The position numbers and the translations under genes were made by a program. Shown here in pieces: positions 1 through 11,603 of a DNA stretch of 64,000 nt. Position 1 is the stretch's first letter, and each line of letters opens with the position of its first letter. The notes below the pieces were generated by a model. The model worked only from the letters and a program-made list of their open reading frames with translations. It was not told the origin of the DNA and did no database searches. The stretch is from Magallana gigas (Eukaryota), in contig NC_088854.1 of NCBI RefSeq assembly GCF_963853765.1, forward strand, positions 58,528,001 to 58,592,000, given 5' to 3'.

Positions 1-318
1 ACCGAGGATATAATGTACTGATATTACTAAGGACCGAGGATATAATGTACTGATATTACTAAGGACCGAGGATATAATGTACTGATATTACTTAGGGCCG
101 AGGATATAATGTACTGATATTACTAAGGGCCGAGGATATAATGTACTGATATTACTAAGGACCGAGGATATAATGTACTGATATTAGTAAGGACCGAGGA
201 TATACTGTACTGATATTACTTGGGACCGAGGATATAATGTACTGATATTACTAAGGACCGAGGATATAATGTACTGATATTACTAAGGACCTAGGATATA
301 ATGTACTGGTATTACTAA
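1..318. repeat. 32-bp tandem minisatellite (~10 copies, runs off left edge), intronic
   Basis: Unit ACCGAGGATATAATGTACTGATATTACTAAGG repeated head-to-tail with few substitutions and no spacers. Confidence 0.95.
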
Positions 319-506
319 GAAAGAGTTTTGTATTTAAAGATGTAGGAAAATATTTTAACTTTATACCTTATAGTGTTTATGACTAAAAATTATATTTAAA
401 AATTTTAAGATCCAGTGGATAATTAAACAACATCCAGATTCCTTATATCTCACTAAAACTCAATAATATGATTGCACAGACTGTTGGTTTCTCTGTCGGT
501 ACTTAC

Positions 507-3500
507 GTAATTCTTCATTATTGCAGTCTTCGTCGATATGTCCATCTCCATCGGTATCTATAAGAGCAACATACAAAATCTATCGTTATTAATCATCATT
601 CACCAATTATACAGAGAAAATTCATGTCTTCACTCACAACCTGAATGATTTTCATCACTCATTATTTAATACATCATTTCTTCTTCACTCACAACCCATT
701 ACACAATATTTTCATCACTCATAACCCATTACATAATATTTTCATCACTCATAACCCATTACACAATATTTCCATCACTAAATACCTAATACATGCTTTG
801 TTCACCACTTATTGCCTGATATATCATATTTTCATCACACATTACCTGATACTTCATATATTTTCATCACCCTTCACCTAATATACCACATATCTGTTCA
901 TCATTCAATATTTTATAACTCATATTTTCACCACTCATTGACAGATATATACATTTTCCATCATTCATCACCGAATTCACCATATTTTCACCCCCGTTTT
1001 ACCTGTGCCGTCGCAGTTCTCTTCGTCCACACGGCCATCACAGTCATTGTCCACTTCATCGCCCCTGGTCATCGGGGGAGCGTCACACACTGGAGCGATG
1101 GTGGTAGGCATGGGTGTGGTAGGTTGGGGTGTGGTTGTTTGGGGTGTGGTTGGCGGGGTTGTGGGTGGAGCGGTGACCTGGACATGCTAGAATCACATCA
1201 AATGGTCATTGAGACATGCTTTGGTGTATTACATTTTTGTAGCATACCGAATATCTGGATTTTTCACGTGTCATAAAAATTTGCGAATTTGAGGAAAATC
1301 TGTAACATTTTTTTTTTATTTGCGTCATCTTTTGCGATTTATAAAGTTTCTTATAGGAAATCATAAAGGATATAAATCTAAATTAGTAAATTTGATCGCC
1401 GCGAAAATTACTGGATATACGGTATTTATAATTCATAAAGGGAATGGAAGCACTTGAGGTAAACATCCTACACACCTGACGTTTAATTGTAAAACATGCC
1501 AGAAACAAAACGAGTAGTTGATAGAGTCATATAAAACATACTGTGTAGTTGATAGAGTCATATAAAACATAATGTGTAGTTGATAGAGTCATATAAAACA
1601 TAACGTGTAGTTGATAGAGTCATATAAAACATAATGTGTAGTTGATAGAGTCATATAAAACATAATGTGTAGTTGATAGAGTCATATAAAACATAATGTG
1701 TAGTTGATAGAGTCATATAAAACATAATGTGTAGTTGATAGAGTCATATAAAACATAATGTGTAGTGATAGAGTCATATAAAACATAATGTGTAGTTGAT
1801 AGAGTCATATAAAACATAATGTGTAGTTGATAGAGTCATATAAAACATAATGTGTAGTTGATAGAGTCATATAAAACATAATGTGTAGTTGATAGAGTCA
1901 TATAAAACATAACGTGTAGTTGATAGAGTCATATAAAACATAATGTGTAGTTGATAGAGTCATATAAAACATAATGTGTAGTTGATAGAGTCATATAAAA
2001 CATAATGTGTAGTTGATAGAGTCATATAAAACATAATGTGTAGTGATAGAGTCATATAAAACATAATGTGTAGTTGATAGAGTCATATAAAACATAATGT
2101 GTAGTTGATAGAGTCATATAAAACATAACGTGTAGTTGATAGAGTCATATAAAACATAATGTGTAGTTGATAGAGTCATATAAAACATAATGTGTAGTTG
2201 ATAGAGTCATATAAAACATAATGTGTAGTGATAGAGTCATATAAAACATAATGTGTAGTTGATAGAGTCATATAAAACATAATGTGTAGTTGATAGAGTC
2301 ATATAAAACATAATGTGTAGTTGATAGAGTCATATAAAACATAATGTGTAGTTGATAGAGTCATATAAAACATAATGTGTAGTTGATAGAGTCATATAAA
2401 ACATAATGTGTAGTTGATAGAGTCATATAAAACATAATGTGTAGTGATAGAGTCATATAAAACATAATGTGTAGTTGATAGAGTCATATAAAACATAATG
2501 TGTAGTTGATAGAGTCATATAAAACATAATGTGTAGTTGATAGAGTCATATAAAACATAATGTGTAGTTGATAGAGTCATATAAAACATAATGTGTAGTT
2601 GATAGAGTCATATAAAACATAATGTGTAGTTGATAGAGTCATATAAAACATAATGTGTAGTTGATAGAGTCATATAAAACATAATGTGTAGTTGATAGAG
2701 TCATATAAAACATAATGTGTAGTTGATAGAGTCATATGAAACATAATGTGTAGTTGATAGAGTCATATGAAACATAATGTGTAGTTGATAGAGACATATG
2801 AAACATAATGTGTAGTTGATAGAGTCATATAAAACATAATGTGTAGTTGATAGAGTCATATAAAACATAATGTGTAGTTGATAGAGTCATATAAAACATA
2901 ATGTGTAGTTGATAGAGTCATATAAAACATAATGTGTAGTTGATAGAGTCATATAAAACATAATGTGTAGTTGATAGAGTCATATAAAACATAATGTGTA
3001 GTTGATAGAGTCATATAAAACATAATGTGTAGTTGATAGAGTCATATAATCAAGATCGCCCTGAGTTGAAAACATTACACAATTATTAAAAACAAATTAT
3101 GTAAACGGTGGGTCTTACGGTGACTGGGTTGATTGGTTTAACAAGGAATCCAACAGGAAAGCCGTACGATTCTACGTGAGCCCTTCCAAACAGGATCCCC
3201 CCAATGGTCATGTTCGGATTTTTGTGGGATACCGTGTGGGTGCCCACTGTTATGTTCACGTAGCCTCCAACCAGGTGGGTGCCGGGGATATGGACGTAGT
3301 GTTGGTTATGAGGTAGATGGTGTCCGTCAAGGAGAAGACCTCCCTTGTGGCGACTGTCGACGATAAACATGAACTGGTTCTGGTACTGGCCCTTGGAGTA
3401 CTCGGGGGTGGTGAACGTGTAGTCCGTGCCGTACTGCTCAATGGGAGGGACAGTGATCATTGAGGGGTCTATATTCTCGTGGGCCGAGGCCTGGGTCTGA

Positions 3501-4419
3501 GAGAACTGGAACACGGCGATTGGATCGCTGGCCTGAATGTGCGAGTACATGGAAGAACTGAACTTCTTCTGAACGTAGTCCCCTGCATGATGGATGGTGA
3601 AGTTTTGGTGGACGACGGTTCCGTTGACCTTACTTGTCACGGTGACCTTTGTATTGTCTTTACTAGCCACAAAACGGAAGATGTCGCCCACTGTTCTCTG
3701 AGGGACGGGCACCGTGGCGAAATTCTTGCCCCACGACTGTACAGGCATTAACATCTCTGTCAAATGGTCACGTGATCCGCCGGTGTTTCCAACAACTGCT
3801 TTCTTATTTCCGCTAATGACACCTACCGGGTAATTTGAAATCACGTGACTTCCTGTAAGATCCCCAACCGCACTTATTTGAAGAGCTTGGAACTTGTTCA
3901 TTGTGACGTTTATCCAATCGTTTTTGTGGTAAACATGGTGTTTATAAGTCACCTCAATGCCGTCATGATTTGGAAGCTGAATGGAGACCTGTGTGTTGTC
4001 GTGTCCCGCAATGACTCCAAACACACAGTAGTAGTATGCGGGGGAGTAGGAGATGGTATAGTACTCCTTACCCAGGACGTTGGTGGGTAGAGCCAGGTAC
4101 CCGTCATCAGATGCCGCCTCCCTGTTCACGCCGTAAACCACGATCTCGTCGCTGGCCGAGATCTTGATGACTTTATGTGTCAGCTGGGTGTGGTTCAACC
4201 GGAAATGGGGGTCAACCTCCACTTTATGGACGACACCCTTAGTGACCACGAAGGACTGGGAGATACTAGGGTGGGTAGAACCCGGAGAGGTAACATGAAC
4301 GTGCACTGGCTTTGTACTGGCAGTGGTGATGAACAGCTCTGGGCTAATGTCTTGCGTAGGTTTATGGAAATTGTCCAGAAACGCTACCAGAAAGTTTGTC
4401 CCTCTGTTATCCAACGCAC
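507..4419 (-). CDS. IgGFc-binding protein N-terminal-domain protein with Thr/Pro-rich linker and DxDxDG/DNDCDG repeats (partial). Exons 4419-3119, 1186-1003, 557-507; continues beyond left edge; first exon not fixed
   Basis: ORF 3086-4414 has IgGFc_binding N-terminal motifs (LDNRGTNF, DEIVVYGVN, DGYLALP, SRDHLTEML, DPSMITVPPIEQY, ESYGFPVG). GT-AG sites with matching phases give HVQVTAPPTTPP...CDAPPMTRGDEVDNDCDGRVDEENCDGT, then DTDGDGHIDEDCNNEEL. Confidence 0.85.
625..990. repeat. Degenerate ~30-bp tandem repeat (intronic)
   Basis: Recurrent ATATTTTCATCACTCATAACCCATTACACA-like units; explains spurious ORFs 645-881 and 812-1276. Confidence 0.75.
1516..3047. repeat. 31-bp tandem minisatellite, roughly 49 copies, intronic
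   Basis: Unit GTGTAGTTGATAGAGTCATATAAAACATAAT, highly homogeneous, with occasional 30-bp (GTAGTGATAG) and AAC variants. Confidence 0.97.
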
Positions 4420-5402
4420 CTTAAAATGAAATGCTGAGCAATAATTTTAAAAGTTCATTAATATTCAAATAATAATAATTGAAAATAAAAAGATATAAGT
4501 TATTTACGTTTCTTAAAAATAGTCAAAATTGTTTCTCACAATAAGCCAGGGGAAGAAAAAGTAGTCCTAACGAAAAACACGTCTTCATTTTGGAAAATAA
4601 GACGACGAGACAGGTAAATCAATGATAGGGTTGTGTAGATATAATGAAATATTAGAGCGCATAAGGCTGAGGAGCCTACGGCGTTCACCGTAGACAAATC
4701 GACGAATTGATATTCTAAAGTTAATAACTAAATGATTATCGCTATTTATTACAATTAAATCATAAAATACTGATCATACACAATGTAAAACAGACGTTAA
4801 AAACCTCCGAGCTACTTGGGTGACAAGCAGTGCGTCAGTTGGGATGTCCGGGTGAGCTAAAAATCTACCGTATGCTTATCTTGTCCATGCCAACCCCCAC
4901 CTACTACTTCTTTGGATTATTCACATTTTTGAAAACTGGTTTTTCACCTTCAAGCACAGCATGATTACTAAATGACACTGTAAAAAAATTCTTTTAAAAG
5001 ATATTTTTCTTTTCTTTTTAAAAATCGTACGTGGTAATATCAAACTTCCATACCTAGCAGAAAGACAGATTTTAACATACGTCTACTTAATACTTATTGG
5101 CTAATACCTGTACAGATGTTACGAAGGCGGATAAAAGAAATCGAGTCAGACATCATATCGCTCTATTTGTTTTAAGTTTGATATTCGTCAACAAGAAACC
5201 GAATTGGAGTTGTCTTTCTTTCTTTTCCCATCGATTCTTATCATTCACAATTTAACCCAACGTGAGTTATCTCTCTTATAATGTACGGACAGGACAAAAC
5301 CTGTGAAGAAATGTGTGCCGAGTTTCAATACAGTACGTACATTTTGTAGAACCGTTTGTTGCATAATTCTGCCCCTTGGGTGTTAGTTATTGTCCTATAG
5401 AA

Positions 5403-5900
5403 TATGTCGACATGCAAGATAAATATGTTGACCTGCAAGATAGTTATGTTAAAATGCAACATAGTTATGTTGACATGCAAGAAAATTGCGGTCAAACATG
5501 AATTATGAAAAAATAAAAAATATCAAATATCTCCCGCATGTGACTTCCAACATGCTGCATTCTACTTATTTATGTCGACATGCAACTTATATATGTTGAC
5601 ATGCGAAAAAAGATTTGTTAACATCTAACTTTAATTACCGGTATCTATATTGACATGCATCTTATCTATGTTGACATGCGAGATTAGTATGTTGACAATC
5701 AAGTTATTTATGTCAACATGCAAATTACTTATGTTGACTTGCAAGTATGTTAACATATTTATATCGCATGTCAACATAAAAAAGTAGCATCTAGCAAGTT
5801 GAAAGTCACATGTGGTCAACATTTGAAATGATATTGATTTGATTGCTATTGTGGCATATTTCTACTCCCTACATGCAAGATAAATTATGTCAACTTGCAA
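5403..5900. repeat. Degenerate ~21-bp TATGTTGACATGCAA-type repeat cluster with inverted sub-blocks (likely non-autonomous element remnant)
   Basis: Many ATGT(T/C)GACATGCAA units. CATGTGACTTCCAAC (~5539) is roughly inverted as GTTGAAAGTCACATG (~5799). Confidence 0.6.
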
Positions 5901-7395
5901 GAAAAATTATACTGTAAAGTTACTTTTTAAACATCGTTAAACCTGATGGCATGTTTAACTTCTGCGTAAATGATGTGTGTATTTGGGTTTTTAATGTTAA
6001 GTGTTCTCAGAATATTATTAAATGCTCTCTTGACATGCGATTTGTTTGAAAACTTATATATTGTGCAAGTGGAATTTAAAAAATGCAAAGTGAATCAGAA
6101 ATCTTAATTGGAACCAAGTTCATGGATCTGGGGTGGGAAGGGGTTGGTGTTTCAAATATTTCTTAAATTTACGCAGTAAAATTACCGAAAGTATAATATC
6201 CTTCGGTCTCCCACCCCTAGGAAAGTTTTTAAGTCCGCGCATGGAGTTAAAGTTTTCATGTACGTTAATGTACATACAGTTTATTGTGCGTTCGTAGCAA
6301 TGGCTATAGAACAGATTTAGGGTGCATAAAACATCACGGATATGACCGTCTCTTGTGGATTACTCTGTCTTAGGTGTCTTAGTTGTTGAATAAATACCGT
6401 ATACCGGATACATACAATTTGTAACTAAGACATTTAACACAAAGACATGCGGTAATGATCCCCGGCCCTGTCTTATAATTTCACGTTAAAATTCATTTTG
6501 GAAATTTGATCATGCCTTATTAGATAACAAAATCAAAAATAGCCCTGTTTTAGGGTGACTAAAACAAACATATTAATTATCGGGTAGATCTTTTACTTGA
6601 TAAACCAAAGATTTTCCGAGACAAATATAAGCTGGCATTATAATGAGTTCTGAACAGCCACAGATTGCGCCATGGAATGTACAGACAACAAAAGAATGAC
6701 AAAACTTTCGAATTCTATAAAAGAACAACCTTAAAATGACAATCGAAAGACAAAATAGGCTTCAGTTTTTGTCGGGTGTGATCTGGCGTTAGTCTGGTAA
6801 AGAAATGATGCTGTCCTGAGTATACCCTTCCGCCCTTACTTGACGGATGATTTGGACACGACTGTTATGAATGGAACAATGGATAAAAGCAACAGGTAAC
6901 GTACCGTGTGTGGTATACAGGTATCATAAACAACAGTTTAACAAGACAGTAGCTTCCATCGGATGGTCAGTGCCAAAAATCACGAGGTTTTACGTTGGTT
7001 TTATTTTAAAAGATTTTCCCATTCTTTAGATAATCAATAATGTTCAAAGTTTTGTCTTTTCAAAATCGTTGCTCTGTAATCTAGCGAAATCTGTAAAAAG
7101 CTCCTATTCCCAGGGGAAAACATGCTCGTCTGTAATTAAATTTACGATTATCGATATGCAATACACCAGACACTCCCCTGAAGAACTTTTTATTTGATTT
7201 CAAGAATGTTTAAAAATATCAAAGACAATGTTCCAAAGTCTAATTTGTCAGTTTGTCTAAGATTATTATTTCACAACTAGAATCATTTAAATTACGTATA
7301 TGGTTGTTTTTTACATGTAGTAAGAATATTTTGTATAACTCTTGTTTGACATAATTATCATAAATCATCCATGAAATTGTAACTTAAAAGGTTAA

Positions 7396-7888
7396 AGGGG
7401 CATGGTCACGATTTTGTTCAAAATTCATTTTCTGTTTTTGTTATTTGCAATGCTTTAGGAATGCATTTGTAATGATTATTCACAATTTTATAGGCGGTTG
7501 TAAAGTTATAAGCAAGATACAGTGCCCACAAGCCTTTGTCATGTAAACAAGGCTCGTGCCCTGTTTTTGATTACATATGTTCAGTATACCACTAAAAAAA
7601 TCTTTTTCAACCTGATATATCTATCTTCTTTATCATTTTAAGCATAAATAAATAGTTCCTAACGTTTAAAACATAAATTTAAGGTCTAAAACTGGCATTT
7701 TCTCTTCAACGTTCAAAATGTAAACAAAAACTTTGTTTACATAGCAAAGAATTGTAGGCTCTGTAACTTGCTTATGTCTCAACAAATGACACTCAAATTT
7801 TAGCTGCTTATTAAGAATGCCTCACTGAAGCATTGTATACAATAAAATCGGAAAAATAATTTTTTACCAAAATCGTGACCATGCCCCT
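7396..7888. mobile_element. Non-autonomous Kolobok-like MITE (493 bp)
   Basis: Perfect 21-bp TIR AGGGGCATGGTCACGATTTTG, flanked by TTAA on both sides (7392-7395, 7889-7892). RR termini with a TTAA TSD fit Kolobok. Confidence 0.8.
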
Positions 7889-9435
7889 TTAAGCGTATAA
7901 CGGACCAACTGTAACTTTACATTGTTCCAGGAATCGTAATTTAGATGTTGTTTACGGGAGATGTGGGGCGGGGTAAAGATTACCACTGATATATTGATTG
8001 TCCTCGTGCATATGCAATCTCTTTTCTTTCTCGTATTTACTTAAATTACATGGAATAGTAGGTACAAATTGTTTATTTTTAAAAATAAGCTTCCTCCAGT
8101 ATCGATAATGCATGTACTTCACGTTTGCTGTACTTACTGTTTCCAAATAGCGATAGAAAAGGTTGGACCATGAAATTGATCGGAAGGACGAGCTTTCAGG
8201 GTTTCAAAACTCCGATAGACAAACAGGTAGACAAACAGATAGAATAATACTGTGCACTCAATATGAAAGAAAATTGATGGTTCTGTCTCAACGGAACAAA
8301 AAGCATAGAATGCACTAATGACTGTTTTCAGAAAGAGTAAAGTATATTCCATGTTTTTAAGCCTTTTCCAATCAATATGTTGACCGTGTTATAAGCCCCC
8401 GTTAGGATGAGCTTGTACAAATATTTGTCAAGTTCTTATCATCGTTTACTCTGTAATATCCCGACATTGATTGTAAACCCACCGCCTCTCTATACCGCAA
8501 CAAACGCCAATACGCCATTAAGCCAGTCCGCCAGGTGCTACCATAACAAATGAAGATGGCGCAAATACAACTCTGACTTTGTAAATATTGAGCCTTCAGT
8601 CTTCAATCCGCTACCATTACAAATGGTAGTGCCACTTGATGAATAAGTGTATATTTCTATAGCTAATGAACCCGCCGTTGCCATATCGGGAGTGTACGTG
8701 GTGACATTATAGTTCTTTTATATTTACGTACATGGTACCACTATGGTATTTTAGTATTTATGCACATGGTACCATCATGGTACTTGAGTATTTACATACG
8801 TGGTACCAATAGGGCACTTCAGTATTTACGTACATGGTGCCACCATGGTTCTTTATTATTTACGAACGTGGTGCCACTATAGTACTTTATCATTTAAGTA
8901 CGTGGTGCCACTGTGGTACTTTAGAATTAACGTGAGTGGTTCCACTATGGTACTTTACAATATACTTAGGTTGTACGATTATGGTACTTTAGTATTTACG
9001 TACGTGGTTCCACTATGGCACTTTAATATTTACTTAAGTGGTATTCAATGGTACTCAAGTTTTTACGTACGTGGTACTTCTATGGTACTTTATTATTTGC
9101 GTACGTGGTGCCACTATGATGTTTTAGTATTTACGTACATGGTGCCACAATGGTACCTTGTTATTTACCAACGTGGTGCCACTATAGTACTTTATTATTT
9201 ACGTACGTGGTACCACTGTGGTACTTTAGTATTGACGTATGTGGTACCACTATGGAACTTTAATATTTACGTACGTGGTGCCACTATGGTATTTTATTAT
9301 TTACGAACGTGGTACTACTGTGTTACTTAAGTTTTTACGTACGTAGTGGCACTATGGTACTTTATTATTTATGTACGTGGTACCAATATGGTACTTTAAT
9401 ATTTACGTACGTGGTGTCACTATGGTCCTATAGTA

Positions 9436-10500
9436 CGAGGGTCAATCAAAAAATACGAAGACAGTGTGGCTGTCTATCATATATTTTTAAAGAGAGTCAT
9501 ACTTAAAAGATTAATCTGTGCACCAACACTAATGTTATTGATATACGAAGTTTTAATCCATTTGATGAAACGGTATTTTTGTTACCCCTTTTTAAAAACA
9601 ACATGTTTTGTCACCACGGCGCACGGTAACGTTCAAAACACGACGTCAAAATTAAACACGCACAGGTTATAGATATACCCCATCTTCATATCACGCTTAG
9701 TCTCTTGTGCCTTTCTCCTTACAATTTAAAATGGCACTGAACCACTTAACATCTAACTTGCACACATCTGTTCGAGAATCATAAGTTAGTTCTTCAAAGT
9801 TTTCATTTTCTAACCGTGTATCTCTTAGTTTACAGCAAGGATAACCCTAGAAGTCGGTTGACGTTACTTTTTTTTTTTTACCAAATATTTACAGATATTC
9901 TACTTTCTTTCGGACTGTTTTATATTCAAAATACAATTATCACCACCCCCACAAAATTTATTACAGTTAAACACAAACTTGCAAATAATTGTTGACTTAT
10001 TTTTTGCACCATTTAGCATTTTCACAGCTTGCGTCGGCTTTTTCCTGGGTTAAATCCATTTTGTTTGTACCTCTCGTTGCGCCGTGACGTCCGGCGACGT
10101 TGATGATTTTATTCAATTTTAAAGAGGACTATCTGTCTTTAGTTACTAATATCTGTTCGACAAAACAGTATATCCTGTCATTGTTTGGAACTTTGAATAC
10201 CAAGACAAAACTTAATTTGAGGTTTCAATATCATTTATTTTTAAGCCCAATTTATAGAGATATTACTTTCAACATTATATGGATTATTGTTGACATTACA
10301 CAAATTTTGATCGTGCGCCGTGACCTCATTTTTGCAGGATTAGATTCTAAATAATTCTTAGAAATAAAGGAATTTATTAACTTTTTTTCTTGGAAACTGT
10401 TTGAAACTGTTGCTAAATTATGTCTACCAAATTTAGTAATGATATGACGTTAAGTAACATAGCTATGACAAAAGTCTTCGTATTTTTTGATTGACCCTCG
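9436..10500. mobile_element. Non-autonomous Tc1/mariner-like element (1065 bp)
   Basis: Perfect 27-bp TIR CGAGGGTCAATCAAAAAATACGAAGAC with TA TSD (9434-9435, 10501-10502); no transposase ORF. Confidence 0.88.
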
Positions 10501-10688
10501 TATTTACGTACGTGGTACCAATATGGTACTTTAGTATTTACGTACGTGGTGTCACTATGGTCCTTTAGTATTTACGTGCGTGGTACTACTATGGTACTTT
10601 AGTATTTAAATGAGAGGTGCCACTGTGGTCCTTTATCATTTACGTACCTTGTGCTACTATAGTACCTTAGCATTTACATGAGTGATGC

Positions 10689-11603
10689 CAGTGGCGTAGC
10701 GCCCTTTACGCAAAAACGCAAATGAATACACAAAAGTGTGCAAAGCATAGGTCTTATGATTTGAGTTTCCTATTGTTTGCACGTAAACAAATGGTATTGA
10801 GAGTCCACTGAATTATAATCTGCATATTTAGTATTCAGTTCTCATCGTTAACCACGCAATTACTACGATTCCGGAAAATATCGTCATTCCATACTTTACA
10901 TTAATTCATGCTTTTTATGCATCCGGTTTTGAGTTTACTATGTAAGAAATCTAAATGTAAAAAGTATGTCAGTACAAAGCAATTTAAAATCGTTTTTAAA
11001 AGCACAACAGTTACACAATGAAGGCAAAGACGATCACGACACGGTCACCACAAGAGAAAGTGACACCAGTCCTTCATGCTGCACTAAGGATTAATACTTG
11101 CATGTCACCACAAAAGAAAGTGACACCAGTCCTTCATGCAGCACTAAGGATTAATACTTACATGTAATTTAAAGTCGGCAGTCGGCCGGGTGATTAAAAT
11201 TTTGACAAAGGCACAATACATTGTGATAAACTTGATCAAAAATTTGTCATTTAGGTAAGTATGTTACGGTTTGAATAATAGACTTGTTTCAAAACACCTA
11301 TTATCTTTAGTCATATGCAGTTGGTTTCCGGTGGGGTATCAGTGTTTCATATATAATTACACATTCTTTTAAAATTCAACATTTCCCTTACACATACAGT
11401 TTGTAAAATTGTAAAAGAGCATCGGGTGTCTTGAAATTTTAAAGAAAATATTCGAAGAGTACCAGGTAAATAATGTTTGTCTCGAATTCAGCAACTTTTG
11501 TTCATATTTATTGGAATCATAATACTTAAAAAATGTCATATTTTAAAGGCCAGACCCTTACCTTTTTTTGAATACAGTAAATTAAAAGGTAGCTACGCCA
11601 CTG
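10689..11603. mobile_element. Non-autonomous TIR element, CAGTGGCGTAGC ends (~915 bp)
   Basis: TIR CAGTGGCGTAGC / GCTACGCCACTG. Duplicated flank GATGC (or ATG if the TIR is read as CCAGTGG). Internal ~60-bp direct duplication at ~11044-11162. Confidence 0.8.

Noticed and set aside
645-1276. His-rich ORFs 645-881 and 812-1276 on plus
   Set aside because: They are translations of a degenerate tandem repeat and the antisense of a real minus-strand exon
1-3047. 31-32-bp repeats as a CRISPR array
   Set aside because: The units are contiguous with no unique spacers, there are no cas genes, and the context is eukaryotic introns
8800-9506. 176-aa and 65-aa ORFs
   Set aside because: Periodic translation of the 34-bp minisatellite
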